Positions 22,444 through 32,263 of a DNA stretch of 64,000 bases are shown here, piece by piece. Position numbers and translations under genes: made by a program. Position 1 is the first letter of the stretch. The number at the start of each line of letters is the position of its first letter. The stretch comes from Geopsychrobacteraceae bacterium. GTDB lineage: Bacteria; Desulfobacterota; Desulfuromonadia; Desulfuromonadales; Geopsychrobacteraceae. The stretch spans positions 864,001 to 928,000 of the forward strand of contig CAXXTB010000001.1 in assembly GCA_963676795.2 (NCBI GenBank), written 5' to 3'. The notes under the pieces were generated by a model. The model did no database searches and had not been told where the DNA came from. It was given only the letters and a program-made list of their open reading frames with translations.

Positions 22444-24375
22444 ATGAATCGCCCTGTACTCAAGATACTGGTTATTGAAGATGATCCTGATCTGCTCGAA
22501 CAGATTACCCAGAATATGGCTGGTGCCATCAATAGCTTTGAGCGGAACGACGTCAGGATAGAGGTTATCGAAGCGGCAACCATCGCCTCGGCCATCAGGC
22601 AGATCGAAAACGACCCGAACATTCAGGCGGTTGTTTTGAGCTGGGATGTCGAGGGCTTCTGCGAGGGAAACCGTGATACAGATGACAAGATTTTCTGCAG
22701 TAACGTCGATATCGTGTCCGCCATCAAAGAGATCCGCGTTTCGGTGCCGATCTATATCCTCGGCAATGAAAACCAGGGGCTGAGCATCATCGATGAGTCG
22801 ATCGATATCGAGTCATTCTTCTTCCGTGATGACATCATTCTCGATCCGGAATCGATCCTCGGCTATATCCTCAACGATTTCGACGATCGCTCCCAGGCGC
22901 CGTTCTGGAAGGCTTACAAGAATTATATCACCGAAACCAACGATTCCTGGCATACCCCGGGGCACTGCGGTGGCCTGAGCTTCAGGAACTCCCCCTATAT
23001 CAACGATTTCTACCACTTTTACGGGCGCAACGTGTTTGTCGGTGACCTGTCCGTGTCGGTCGATTCGCTCGGTTCCCTCACTGAAGGGACCAACGCCATC
23101 GGCAAGGCCCAGGAGGCGGCGGCCTACACCTTCGAGGTGACCAAGACCTATTTCATCACCAACGGTTCGAGTACCTCGAACAAGGTCATTCTGCAGACCC
23201 TGCTGCGCGCCGGTGACAAGGTGATCGTCGACCGCAACTGCCATAAGTCGGTACACTACGGTATCGTTCAGGCCGGCTCTGCGCCGGTTTACTTAAGCAG
23301 TGTGCTGCACCCCGATTACGGCATCTTCGCACCGCCGACCCTGGCGGAGATCCGGGAGACCATAGAACAAAATCCCGATGCCAAGCTGATTGTCCTGACC
23401 GGCTGTACCTACGATGGTCTGCTGTTGGATATCCGGGCGGTGGTCGCCATGGCTCACGCCAAAGGGATCAAGGTCTTTATCGATGAGGCCTGGTTCGCCT
23501 ATTCGCTGTTCCATCCGCGCTTCCGTTATTACTCCGCGATCGATTCCGGTGCCGACTATATCACCCATTCGGCCCACAAGGTCGTTTCGGCTTTCTCGCA
23601 GGCCAGCTATATCCATGTCAACGATCCCGATTTCGATGCGGATTTCTTTCATGAAATCTTCAGTATGTATGTCAGTACCTCGCCCAAGTACCAGATCATC
23701 GCCTCGCTCGATGTCTGTCACAAGCAGCTGGAGATGGAAGGCTACGGCCTGCTCAAGGACCTGCTTGAGCAGGTTGCGGAACTGAAGGAGCAGATGAAGA
23801 ACTTCCGCTATATCAGGATCCTTGGAGTCGAGGATTTTCAGCAAGCCTTTCCGCACTTTGTTGAGGATAACGTCGGCCACGATCCGCTCAAGATCCTCAT
23901 CGATGTCTCCAGGCTCGACTACTCCGTCAACGAGATTCATCGCTATCTGCTTGATGAGATCGGGCTGGAGATCGAAAAAACCACCCACTCGACCATGTTG
24001 GTTCTGCTCACCCTCGGCGGTACCAGGTCCAAGGTCATTCGCCTCTATAATGCCCTTAAGAAGCTGGATCAGAAGAAGGCAGCGATTCCGATCACCCGCA
24101 ACCGGAAAAAGCGTCTGGAGCCGTTGCCGAGAATCACGTTGAATGAACTTCCTGCCAAGGCCTTTTTCGGCGAGCGGGAAAGTGTCAGCTATGAGCATGC
24201 AGTCGGCAGAACGGCGGCCGGACTGGTCACTCCTTACCCGCCGGGTATTCCGATGCTGGTGCCGGGGCAGGCGATCGAGAAAGGCGCGATTACCTATCTG
24301 CGCAGCCTTGTCGCCCAGAACGTGCATATTCAGGGCGTCTATGACGGCGAGATCTATGTTATGAAGGAAGAGTGA
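22444..24375 (+). CDS. Orn/Lys/Arg-type PLP decarboxylase with N-terminal receiver-like (wing) domain
   Basis: WHTPGH, TNGSSTSN, DRNCHKS, TYDG, IDEAW, THSAHK (PLP Lys), STSPKY, PYPPGIP. Confidence 0.9.
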   Translation: MNRPVLKILVIEDDPDLLEQITQNMAGAINSFERNDVRIEVIEAATIASAIRQIENDPNIQAVVLSWDVEGFCEGNRDTDDKIFCSNVDIVSAIKEIRVSVPIYILGNENQGLSIIDESIDIESFFFRDDIILDPESILGYILNDFDDRSQAPFWKAYKNYITETNDSWHTPGHCGGLSFRNSPYINDFYHFYGRNVFVGDLSVSVDSLGSLTEGTNAIGKAQEAAAYTFEVTKTYFITNGSSTSNKVILQTLLRAGDKVIVDRNCHKSVHYGIVQAGSAPVYLSSVLHPDYGIFAPPTLAEIRETIEQNPDAKLIVLTGCTYDGLLLDIRAVVAMAHAKGIKVFIDEAWFAYSLFHPRFRYYSAIDSGADYITHSAHKVVSAFSQASYIHVNDPDFDADFFHEIFSMYVSTSPKYQIIASLDVCHKQLEMEGYGLLKDLLEQVAELKEQMKNFRYIRILGVEDFQQAFPHFVEDNVGHDPLKILIDVSRLDYSVNEIHRYLLDEIGLEIEKTTHSTMLVLLTLGGTRSKVIRLYNALKKLDQKKAAIPITRNRKKRLEPLPRITLNELPAKAFFGERESVSYEHAVGRTAAGLVTPYPPGIPMLVPGQAIEKGAITYLRSLVAQNVHIQGVYDGEIYVMKEE

Positions 24376-24390
24376 AAAAATGTTCTAAAG

Positions 24391-24432
24391 AAAAAGCCCC
24401 CCCCGAAGTAAAAAAATCGGGAGGGCTTTTTT
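24391..24432. terminator. Bidirectional terminator between decarboxylase and eda
   Basis: AAAAAGCCC..CCCGA / TCGGGAGGGCTTTTTT imperfect stem flanked by A and T tracts. Confidence 0.65.
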
Positions 24433-24466
24433 GTTATCAGTGATCTTTAGGGGGCGGAGACTGGTA

Positions 24467-25096
24467 TCAGGGCTCTTTGGCCTTGGTCAGTGCGGCACTG
24501 GCCTGGGCGCTGATCTCTTTCCAGCTGCCGTTGCTGATCTGGTCCTTGGTGGCGAGCCAGGAGCCACCGATGTTGGAGACGATCGGCAGGGCCAGATACT
24601 CATTCATATTTGCAAGGCTGACACCGCCTGTCGGGCAGAAATGAATGCCACGGCTGGCATATGGTCCGGCCAGTGCCTTGAGGAACTTGACTCCGCCGGC
24701 CGCTTCGGCCGGGAAGAATTTCTGCAGCTGGCAACCGAGAGCCAGCCCCTGTTCGACTTCCGACGGGGTCATGACGCCGGGGATGAAGAGCAGGTTGCGT
24801 TCCTTGAAGAAGTTGACGATGTCTGGGTTCAGGCCCGGTGCCAGGCCGAAGCTGATCCCGGCGTCGATCGCCTGACGCGACTGCTCCGGGGTCAGCAGAG
24901 TACCGGCGCCGACCAGCATTTTGGGGAACGCTTTACGGATATTCTCGATCGCTTTTCCGGCTGCGGCGGTGCGAAAAGTGATTTCGATGATGTCGATGCC
25001 GCCTTCCAGCAGGGCTTCGGCGAGAGGGACTGCGGAAGCCGCGTCATCGATGACGATAACCGGGATGACCGGCCGCTGTTTCAACTGTTCTATCAT
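24467..25096 (-). CDS. eda: KDPG/KHG aldolase
   Basis: EITFRT, VGAGT, KFFPAE, CPTGGV, GGSW all intact. Confidence 0.95.
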   Translation of the reverse strand: MIEQLKQRPVIPVIVIDDAASAVPLAEALLEGGIDIIEITFRTAAAGKAIENIRKAFPKMLVGAGTLLTPEQSRQAIDAGISFGLAPGLNPDIVNFFKERNLLFIPGVMTPSEVEQGLALGCQLQKFFPAEAAGGVKFLKALAGPYASRGIHFCPTGGVSLANMNEYLALPIVSNIGGSWLATKDQISNGSWKEISAQASAALTKAKEP

Positions 25097-25121
25097 GCTA
25101 TGCTCCTTTATTTCGCGGCTG

Positions 25122-26222
25122 TTATCGGTCGACCCGGGCACCGCCGCCGCCGACCAGTTTCTGGACTTCGCTCAATGAGGCCATGGTGGTATCGCCGGGA
25201 GTGGTCATCGCCAGGGCGCCGTGCGCTGCACCGTACTCAACGGCAAGCTGTGGGCTGTCGAGTTCCATCAGGCCGTAGATAAAGCCGGAGGCAAAGCTGT
25301 CACCGCCGCCGACGCGGTCCATGATTTCCAGCTCGGGACGGTGGGTCGAGGTATAGAACTGGCCATTGACCCAGCACATGGCACCCCAGTCGTTGATGGT
25401 TGCAGTCTTGACGCCGCGCATGGTGGTCGCTGTCGCTTTGAAGTTGGAAAATTCTGCAACGGCTTTGGTGATCATCTTCTGGAAGGAGCTGACGTCGAGG
25501 TCGGTCAGGTTGTGGTCGACCCCTTCGATTTCAAAGCCGAGACAGGCGGTGAAGTCCTCTTCGTTGCCGATCATGACATCGACATATTTGGCGATTTCAC
25601 GGTTGATCTCGCGGCACTTCTCCAGCCCGCCGAACCCTTTCCACAGAGATGGTCGGTAGTTCAGGTCATAGGAGACGTAGGTGCCGTGTTTCTTGGCGAT
25701 CTTGGCAGCTTCGATGACGACATCCCCGGTGGTTTCGGACAGCGCGGCGAAGATCCCGCCGGTGTGGAACCAGCGTACGCCCAGAGTGCCGAAGATGTAT
25801 TCCCAGTCAATATCCCCTTTTTTCAGCTGCGAAGCAGCGGTGTTGCCACGGTCGGAGCAGCCGACGGCGCCGCGGATGCCGAAGCCGCGCTCGGTAAAGT
25901 TGATACCGTTTCGCACTGTGCGGCCGATGCCATCGTAATCAACCCATTTGATCAGGCTGGTGTCGACTCCGCCCTGGAGGATGAAGTCTTCCATCAGCAG
26001 GCCGACTTCGTTCTTGGCGAATGCGGTGACAACGGCTGCTCGTTTGCCGAAACAGCGGCGCAGGCCACGAGCGACATTGTATTCGCCGCCGCCTTCCCAG
26101 GCCCGGAAGTTACGGGTGGTGCGGATGCGACCTTCACCCGGGTCGAGGCGAAGCATGACTTCCCCGAGGGAGAGTATATCGAAGTGGCACTGGTCGGCTG
26201 GTCTGGTTTGAAAAACGCTCAT
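25122..26222 (-). CDS. kdgK: 2-keto-3-deoxygluconate kinase (PfkB family)
   Basis: GEVMLRL, GGGEYNVA, SYDLNYR.SLW, GNEED, DRVGGGDSFASG; operon context. Confidence 0.9.
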   Translation of the reverse strand: MSVFQTRPADQCHFDILSLGEVMLRLDPGEGRIRTTRNFRAWEGGGEYNVARGLRRCFGKRAAVVTAFAKNEVGLLMEDFILQGGVDTSLIKWVDYDGIGRTVRNGINFTERGFGIRGAVGCSDRGNTAASQLKKGDIDWEYIFGTLGVRWFHTGGIFAALSETTGDVVIEAAKIAKKHGTYVSYDLNYRPSLWKGFGGLEKCREINREIAKYVDVMIGNEEDFTACLGFEIEGVDHNLTDLDVSSFQKMITKAVAEFSNFKATATTMRGVKTATINDWGAMCWVNGQFYTSTHRPELEIMDRVGGGDSFASGFIYGLMELDSPQLAVEYGAAHGALAMTTPGDTTMASLSEVQKLVGGGGARVDR

Positions 26223-26266
26223 TTTTTATTCTCCTGCAGCTCTCTTTGCTAAGGGTGAGGAAAAGG

Positions 26267-27769
26267 TTAAAGGGTCACACCTGTCTTGAAGATGGCGATC
26301 TCACGGTTGTTGCGAACTTCGGCCGAGGTCGGCTTGCCGTTGATGACTGCAGTGATCGTGGTCAGGAAATCAGCAAGAACATCGTCCGGGTTGTTCTCCG
26401 GATTGGCCAGTGCGCCGGCATCGAAGTCGATCCAGTTGGCTTTCTTCTGGGCCAGGGCGCTGTTGGTCGCTACCTTGAGGGTCGGGATAAAGCCACCCAG
26501 GGGGGTGCCGCGTCCGGTCGAGAAGAGGACCAGGTGGCAACCGGCGGCACCGAGCGAGGTGGTTGCGACAATGTCGTTTCCCGGCGCGTTGAGCAGGTTG
26601 AGCCCCTTATGCTTGACCCGCTGATCGATGTCGATAACATCGATGACCGGAGATTTTCCAGCCTTGCGGGTGCAGCCGAGGGATTTGTCCTCAAGGGTTG
26701 TGATGCCGCCCGCCTTGTTGCCGGGGGAAGGATTCTCGTAGATCGGTTGATCGTGGGCGATGTAGTAGTCCTTGAAATTGTTGATCATCGCCACGGTTTT
26801 GTCGAACACTTCACGGCTCGCGCATTGCTCCATGAGGATATGCTCGGCGCCGAACATCTCTGGCACCTCGGTCAGGACCGTGGTTCCTCCCTGGCCGATG
26901 ACATAGTCGGAGACGCGGCCGATCAGCGGGTTGGCTGTGATCCCGGAGAAGGCGTCGGAGCCGCCGCATTCGAGACCGATGATGATGTCGCTCCAGTCGG
27001 CCGCTTCACGCCTGTCCTGGGCAGCGATGGTGTAGAGCTGCTCGAGCAGTTCGAGGCCGGCGTCGATCTCATCGGCGACATCCTGGGCCGCCAGGAAGCG
27101 GATCCGCTGCGGGTCAATCTCTTCCGGCATACTCTCCTTGAAGGCGCTGATCTGGTTGTTCTCACAGCCCAGGCCGAGGATCAGCACGGCCCCGGCATTC
27201 GGATGCAGGGCGATGTTCTGCAGGGTCTTCCTGGTCCGTTCATGATCGCCGCCCAGCTGGGAACAGCCATAGGGGTGGGGAAAGGTATAGATTCCGTCGA
27301 CACCGCTGCGATCGCCAAGGGCAGTGAACTCCTTGATCAGGTTGTCGGCGACACCGTTGACACAGCCGACCGTCGGGATGACCCAGATTTCGTTGCGGAT
27401 GCCGACCTTGCCGTTGGCGCGGCGATAGACCTGCAGTGGTTGCGGATTTTGCCAGACAAAGGACTCCGGCTCGCTTGAAACCGGCCGGTACTGGTAATCC
27501 TGTTTGTCCGAGAGGCCCGTTTTGACGTTGTGGGTATGCACCAGTGCGCCCTTGGCAATGTCCTGGCGGGCATTGCCGATCGAGGCGCCGTACTTGATGA
27601 CCGGGATTCCCGCAGCGATATCCTGGAGAGCCAGCTTGTGGCCGATCGGGATCTCCTCGCTCACCTCAAGCTGTTCGCCATCGGGCAGTTCAATGCAGGT
27701 GCCGGCCGGCAGAGCAATGAAGGTGACGGCAACATTGTCGGCCGCGTCGATTCGGGTGACTTTGATCAT
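26267..27769 (-). CDS. uxaA: Altronate dehydratase
   Basis: SAF domain (GHKLAL, KYG..IG, HTHN), GIRNEIW..PTVGCVNG, HPYGCSQLG, ECGGSD..SGITANP, ENPSPGNKAGG. Confidence 0.95.
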   Translation of the reverse strand: MIKVTRIDAADNVAVTFIALPAGTCIELPDGEQLEVSEEIPIGHKLALQDIAAGIPVIKYGASIGNARQDIAKGALVHTHNVKTGLSDKQDYQYRPVSSEPESFVWQNPQPLQVYRRANGKVGIRNEIWVIPTVGCVNGVADNLIKEFTALGDRSGVDGIYTFPHPYGCSQLGGDHERTRKTLQNIALHPNAGAVLILGLGCENNQISAFKESMPEEIDPQRIRFLAAQDVADEIDAGLELLEQLYTIAAQDRREAADWSDIIIGLECGGSDAFSGITANPLIGRVSDYVIGQGGTTVLTEVPEMFGAEHILMEQCASREVFDKTVAMINNFKDYYIAHDQPIYENPSPGNKAGGITTLEDKSLGCTRKAGKSPVIDVIDIDQRVKHKGLNLLNAPGNDIVATTSLGAAGCHLVLFSTGRGTPLGGFIPTLKVATNSALAQKKANWIDFDAGALANPENNPDDVLADFLTTITAVINGKPTSAEVRNNREIAIFKTGVTL

Positions 27770-29229
27770 CAGAGCACCTCCTTCAAGGTCTCCCGCATCC
27801 CTTTACCGGTGATATTGACGATCTGACGGGCGACCTCGTGCTGCAGTCCGCTGACGGCAAGCAGTGAGGCTCCCCAGTGGTCGTCGATGCTTAGGACCCG
27901 GCGGCTGATTTCGGCGGCTGTTGCAGAATCAACAGGGCCCATCCCGGCCTTGCCCCAGAGTTCGGCGAAGAGGTCGAGGAAGGGCTGATCGTCCTTGAGC
28001 GGGTAGCTCTGGCCGTTCAGTTCACCGCGGTAGAAGCAGATCAGCGCAGCCAGTGCCAGGCTTAAGAGCGGCGGCGCTGCACCTTTGTCCTGAGCAGACT
28101 TCAGAAGTTGCGGTAGGAGCCGGGTTTTGAACTTGGTCATTGAGTTGAGACTGATATCGAGCAGCTTGTGCTTGATAAAGGGGTTCTTGAAACGACCGAT
28201 GACGCTGTCGGCGAATGATTTTAGCTCCTCAACCGGCAACGGCAGGCTGGGGATGATCTCTTCTACCAGCAGGCGATTGAGATAGGTTTCGAGCTGCGGG
28301 TCACTGGTTGCATCCTTGACGAAAGCGATGTCGCAGAGATGGGCGATCGGGGTCATCGCCGTATGGCAGCCGTTGAGAATGCCGACCTTGCGCTGTTTGT
28401 AGGGCATCAGGTCGTCGACGATCTCGATATTGAGACCGCTCCCTTTAAGCTTGAGCTCTTCGCCGACCCAGGCCGGGGCCTGGATGATGAACAGATGAAA
28501 GAACTCGCCGGTGACCATAAAGTTGTCGTGGTAACCGAGCTCCTGTTCCAGTTGTGCAACTTCGTCGCGTGGATAGCCGGTGACGATCCGGTCAACCAGG
28601 GTCGAACAGAAGGTATTGGCTTTAAGTACCCAGGTTTTGAAGGCGTCGGACATCCCCCAGTGGGCAATATATTTGAGGATGATCTCTCTGAGTTTCTCGC
28701 CATTGTAATCGATCAGTTCGCAGGGGAGCAGGATAAGTCCCTTGTCGCTGCTGCCATCGAACGCCTTGAAGCGTTCAAAGAGGAAACGGGTCAGTTTGGC
28801 CGGGTAGGATGCCGGTGGGGCATCCTCAAAGCGATCCTGATCGTTGTAGGCGATGCCGGCTTCAGTGGTGTTGGAGACGATGAAGCGCAGCTCCGGGTTG
28901 TGCGCGACCTGCAGGAAGGCATCAAATTCACGGTAAACCGAGATCTCACGGCAAACGCTGGAGATGACCCGTTTTTCGTTGCGCAGCTGGTTATCTTCGT
29001 CATAGCCGCGCAGCAGGGTGGTGTAGAGTCCGTCCTGGGTGTTCAGCGACGGTGGCTGGTCGGTGTCGATCGGGCGGACGATGACAACGCCGGCATTCAG
29101 ACCGTTCTTTTCGTTGAGGATATCGATCTGCCAGTCAATGAAGCAGCGCAGGAAGTTGCCCTCGCCGAATTGCAGCACGCGCTCGGGATATTGGCTCAGG
29201 CTTGTATTTTGACGATTCAGTTGATGCAT
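27769..29229 (-). CDS. uxaB: Tagaturonate reductase (altronate oxidoreductase)
   Basis: QFGEGNFLR, SNTTEAGI, PCELI..NG, TLVDRIV, RKV.ILNG.HT, RF.NPFI.H. Confidence 0.95.
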   Translation of the reverse strand: MHQLNRQNTSLSQYPERVLQFGEGNFLRCFIDWQIDILNEKNGLNAGVVIVRPIDTDQPPSLNTQDGLYTTLLRGYDEDNQLRNEKRVISSVCREISVYREFDAFLQVAHNPELRFIVSNTTEAGIAYNDQDRFEDAPPASYPAKLTRFLFERFKAFDGSSDKGLILLPCELIDYNGEKLREIILKYIAHWGMSDAFKTWVLKANTFCSTLVDRIVTGYPRDEVAQLEQELGYHDNFMVTGEFFHLFIIQAPAWVGEELKLKGSGLNIEIVDDLMPYKQRKVGILNGCHTAMTPIAHLCDIAFVKDATSDPQLETYLNRLLVEEIIPSLPLPVEELKSFADSVIGRFKNPFIKHKLLDISLNSMTKFKTRLLPQLLKSAQDKGAAPPLLSLALAALICFYRGELNGQSYPLKDDQPFLDLFAELWGKAGMGPVDSATAAEISRRVLSIDDHWGASLLAVSGLQHEVARQIVNITGKGMRETLKEVL

Positions 29230-29256
29230 ATTGTTATCACTTTCTCGCTCTTGTCA

Positions 29257-30282
29257 TCAATCAAAGGAGACCAGAATCTTGGTAATCGCAGCTGGATTGT
29301 CACTCCAGCTTTGAAGCGCAGCACCGGCTTCAGCCAGCGGAACGTCCTTGCTGATCAGGCGCTCGATCGGCAGGTCGATCTTTTTCATCAGTTCGAGAAC
29401 GTCGACGAAGTCCTGTTTCAGTGCGTTACGTGAGCCGCGGATCTGCAGTTCCTTCATGACGAACTTTTTGGTTTCGTAGGCGACCGCATCCTTGACATAG
29501 CCGACATAGACGACACGGCCGCAGAAAGCGACGAGATCGATCGCGGCAACAAAGGTCTGCTGCAGGCCGATCGCTTCGATAACGCTGGTCGGGCCATGAC
29601 CGTCGGTCAGCTTGAGGACTTCCTCTTCGAGATTCCGGGTGCGCGAGTTGATGCAGTGGCTGGCGCCGAATTTGCGGGCCAGATCAAGCTTGCTGTCATC
29701 AATATCGACGGCGATAACCGTTGCACCGTCATCATTCCCTTTGGCGATGGCGCCCAGACCGACCATGCCGCAGCCGAAGACCAGCATGGTTTCTCCCGCC
29801 TTGCCTTCGGCGCGACTGGCTGCATGGCAGCCGACAGCCAACGGTTCGACAATAGCGATCTGGCTGTAGCTGAGCTGGTTGAGGTTGGCGACGATCTTGT
29901 CCGGGGTGGTGGCGATATAGGAGGTCATGCCCCCTTCCTGCTGAACTCCGAGGGTCTGGTTATATTTACAGGCGTTCGGCCGGCCGGACAGGCAGGACCA
30001 GCATTTGCCACAGGTGGTGTAGGGCAGGACCAGAACCTTGTCGCCAACCTGAAACTCGGCCGCTACGGCAGCGCCGATTTCTGCGACCTCCGCGGCAATC
30101 TCATGGCCGGGGATACGTGGATAGCTGACCATCGGGTTGAGGCCGCGGAAGGTGTTGAGGTCACTACCACAGAAGCCGACTTTTTTGACCCTGAGCAGGA
30201 CCTGATCCGCTTGGATCGTCGGTTTTTCCACATCGTTTTTAATGGCGCTTGCGCCCGCTTCGGTGATGACAAATGCTTCCAT
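29257..30282 (-). CDS. Zinc-binding dehydrogenase, probable L-galactonate 5-dehydrogenase (LgoD/YjjN-like)
   Basis: GFCGSD, YPRIPGHE, CGKCWSC..NAC, GCGMVG, GSRNA; context with uxaB/uxaA and no uxaC. Confidence 0.8.
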   Translation of the reverse strand: MEAFVITEAGASAIKNDVEKPTIQADQVLLRVKKVGFCGSDLNTFRGLNPMVSYPRIPGHEIAAEVAEIGAAVAAEFQVGDKVLVLPYTTCGKCWSCLSGRPNACKYNQTLGVQQEGGMTSYIATTPDKIVANLNQLSYSQIAIVEPLAVGCHAASRAEGKAGETMLVFGCGMVGLGAIAKGNDDGATVIAVDIDDSKLDLARKFGASHCINSRTRNLEEEVLKLTDGHGPTSVIEAIGLQQTFVAAIDLVAFCGRVVYVGYVKDAVAYETKKFVMKELQIRGSRNALKQDFVDVLELMKKIDLPIERLISKDVPLAEAGAALQSWSDNPAAITKILVSFD

Positions 30283-30389
30283 CGCGTAATTCCTTTATCT
30301 GTTGAGCCGGCTATGGGTGGACCGGCTGCTTGCTGAACATACTCTATAAGCTCAGAGTCACTGGCTTTTGTCGTTCTGTCTTCCGTGCA

Positions 30390-31679
30390 TCAGGTGCCGA
30401 ACACCAGGTTAGGCAGGAACAGACTGATCTGGGGAATAAAGGTCACCAGGATCAATGCTGCGATCAGCACCAGCCAGAAGGGCATGACCTCGCGGATGAA
30501 TTCCTTGATCGGTACGTTGATAATCGTACAGGTGGTGAACATGACCGTCCCCAGCGGCGGTGTCAGGGTTCCTATGGCGCAATTGAGGATGAAGATGATG
30601 CCGAAGTGAACCAGGTCGACCTCCATGACCTGCGCCGCGCCGACCAACAGCGGCGAGATGACGATCAGGATGGCGTTCCCTTCGATGAACATACCGAGAA
30701 TGATCAGCACGAGGTTGACGACGATCAGGAACAGGACCTTGCTCGAGAAATTGTCAGAAATGAAGGCGGCGATGTTCTGGGGCAGCTGCTCCCAGGTCAG
30801 AAATTTGGAAAACCCGTAGGAGACGGCGATGATGATCAGCACGTTGGCCGAGGCCAGCACCGATTCGACCAGGCCCATACGGAATTTCCTGAAATTGAGT
30901 TCGCGGTAGACGAAGAAGCCGATAACCAGGGAGAAGAGTACCGCGATCGCACCGGCTTCGGTCGGAGTGAAGACGCCGAAGCGGATCCCGCCGATGATGA
31001 TGACCGGCAGGGTGAAGGCGATGGCGGCCGCTTTGATACCGACCATGATTTCCCTGGCGCTCGCCCTTTTCTGGCGCTCCGGCTTGTAACCGCGCTTGAC
31101 GGAGATGCGGTTGACCAGCACCATCATCATCAGGCAGAGCATGATCCCGGGCAGAACGCCGGCCATGAACAGTCGGCCGATTGAGACGTTGTTGATATAG
31201 CCGAACAGGATCAGGGCGATCCCCGGCGGGATGATCGGTGTGATCAGCGATGATGCCGCCGTGACCGATGCCGAAAATGCTTTTGAGTAGCCCTTCTGCA
31301 GCATGAAGGGGACGATCAGCTTCGAGTTCATCGCCGCATCGGCAATATTGGAGCCGGACAGGCCGCCCATCAGGGTGCTGAGTACGATATTGACCTGAGC
31401 CAGACCGCCGCGCATGTGGCCGGTGAGAATTTCGCTGAAGGCCAGCAGGCGCCGGCTGATGCCGGAATGGTTCATGTAAATCCCGGCCATTATGAAGAAA
31501 GGGATGGCCAGCAGGGCGTATGAACTCAGGCCTTCGCCGATTCGCTGCACGGCGATCATCAGCGGCAGATAGGAGAAGAACAGGAAGTAGCACAGGGTGC
31601 TGGCAAAGATTGCGAAGGCGACCGGAAACTCCAGCAGCAGCAGGGCAAACATGACGACTATGGGGATAGTGACACTCAT
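30390..31679 (-). CDS. dctM: TRAP transporter large permease
   Basis: LLAIPFF, GGLAQVN, SGS..ADAA, IIPP, FTPTEA, GTLTPPLG. Confidence 0.95.
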   Translation of the reverse strand: MSVTIPIVVMFALLLLEFPVAFAIFASTLCYFLFFSYLPLMIAVQRIGEGLSSYALLAIPFFIMAGIYMNHSGISRRLLAFSEILTGHMRGGLAQVNIVLSTLMGGLSGSNIADAAMNSKLIVPFMLQKGYSKAFSASVTAASSLITPIIPPGIALILFGYINNVSIGRLFMAGVLPGIMLCLMMMVLVNRISVKRGYKPERQKRASAREIMVGIKAAAIAFTLPVIIIGGIRFGVFTPTEAGAIAVLFSLVIGFFVYRELNFRKFRMGLVESVLASANVLIIIAVSYGFSKFLTWEQLPQNIAAFISDNFSSKVLFLIVVNLVLIILGMFIEGNAILIVISPLLVGAAQVMEVDLVHFGIIFILNCAIGTLTPPLGTVMFTTCTIINVPIKEFIREVMPFWLVLIAALILVTFIPQISLFLPNLVFGT

Positions 31680-32182
31680 AGCGTGGTATCCATTTCTTCA
31701 AAGTACTGCGGGCCGATGACGGCGTGACGTAATACGTGATACAGGGTGAACAGCGAGCCGACCGGGATGGCCAGGTAGATGTAGCTGTATGGGATTCTCA
31801 GAATCGAGGTGTAGCGGTCGAAGGAGAACAGGGTCAGTTGCGTTCCCAGCCAGATCAGAACGATCAGGCAGGCTGCCAGCAGGATCGTCGACAGGATGCG
31901 CTTGATGACAAACGACACGCCTTTCGGCATGTAGTGAAGCAGGAATTCGATGCAGACGATTTCACCACGGCGGGCCAGAATGCTGGTCCCGAAGAAGGTC
32001 AGCCAGACGAACAGGGCGAGAGACAGCTCACCGATCCAGCCGGCCGGATTGCCGAGTATGTAGCGGGTGAAAACACCCCAGATACAGATACAGACAATGC
32101 CGAACATTGTCACGGAGCTGATCAGGACATCGAGTCTGCCAACCAGGTCGAGTATGGCCAGGATCTTTTTAATGACTCCCAT
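31676..32182 (-). CDS. dctQ: TRAP transporter small permease
   Basis: 4 TM, V.TRY....W..EL...FVWLTFFG; lies between dctP and dctM. Confidence 0.9.
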   Translation of the reverse strand: MGVIKKILAILDLVGRLDVLISSVTMFGIVCICIWGVFTRYILGNPAGWIGELSLALFVWLTFFGTSILARRGEIVCIEFLLHYMPKGVSFVIKRILSTILLAACLIVLIWLGTQLTLFSFDRYTSILRIPYSYIYLAIPVGSLFTLYHVLRHAVIGPQYFEEMDTTL

Positions 32183-32263
32183 AGAATTTCTCGTCTGCTA
32201 GGGTTTTTCAGATATCGTCGTGCGGGCCGACCAGGAGTCGGCCCGCTTGTCGTTCAGTTTTCT

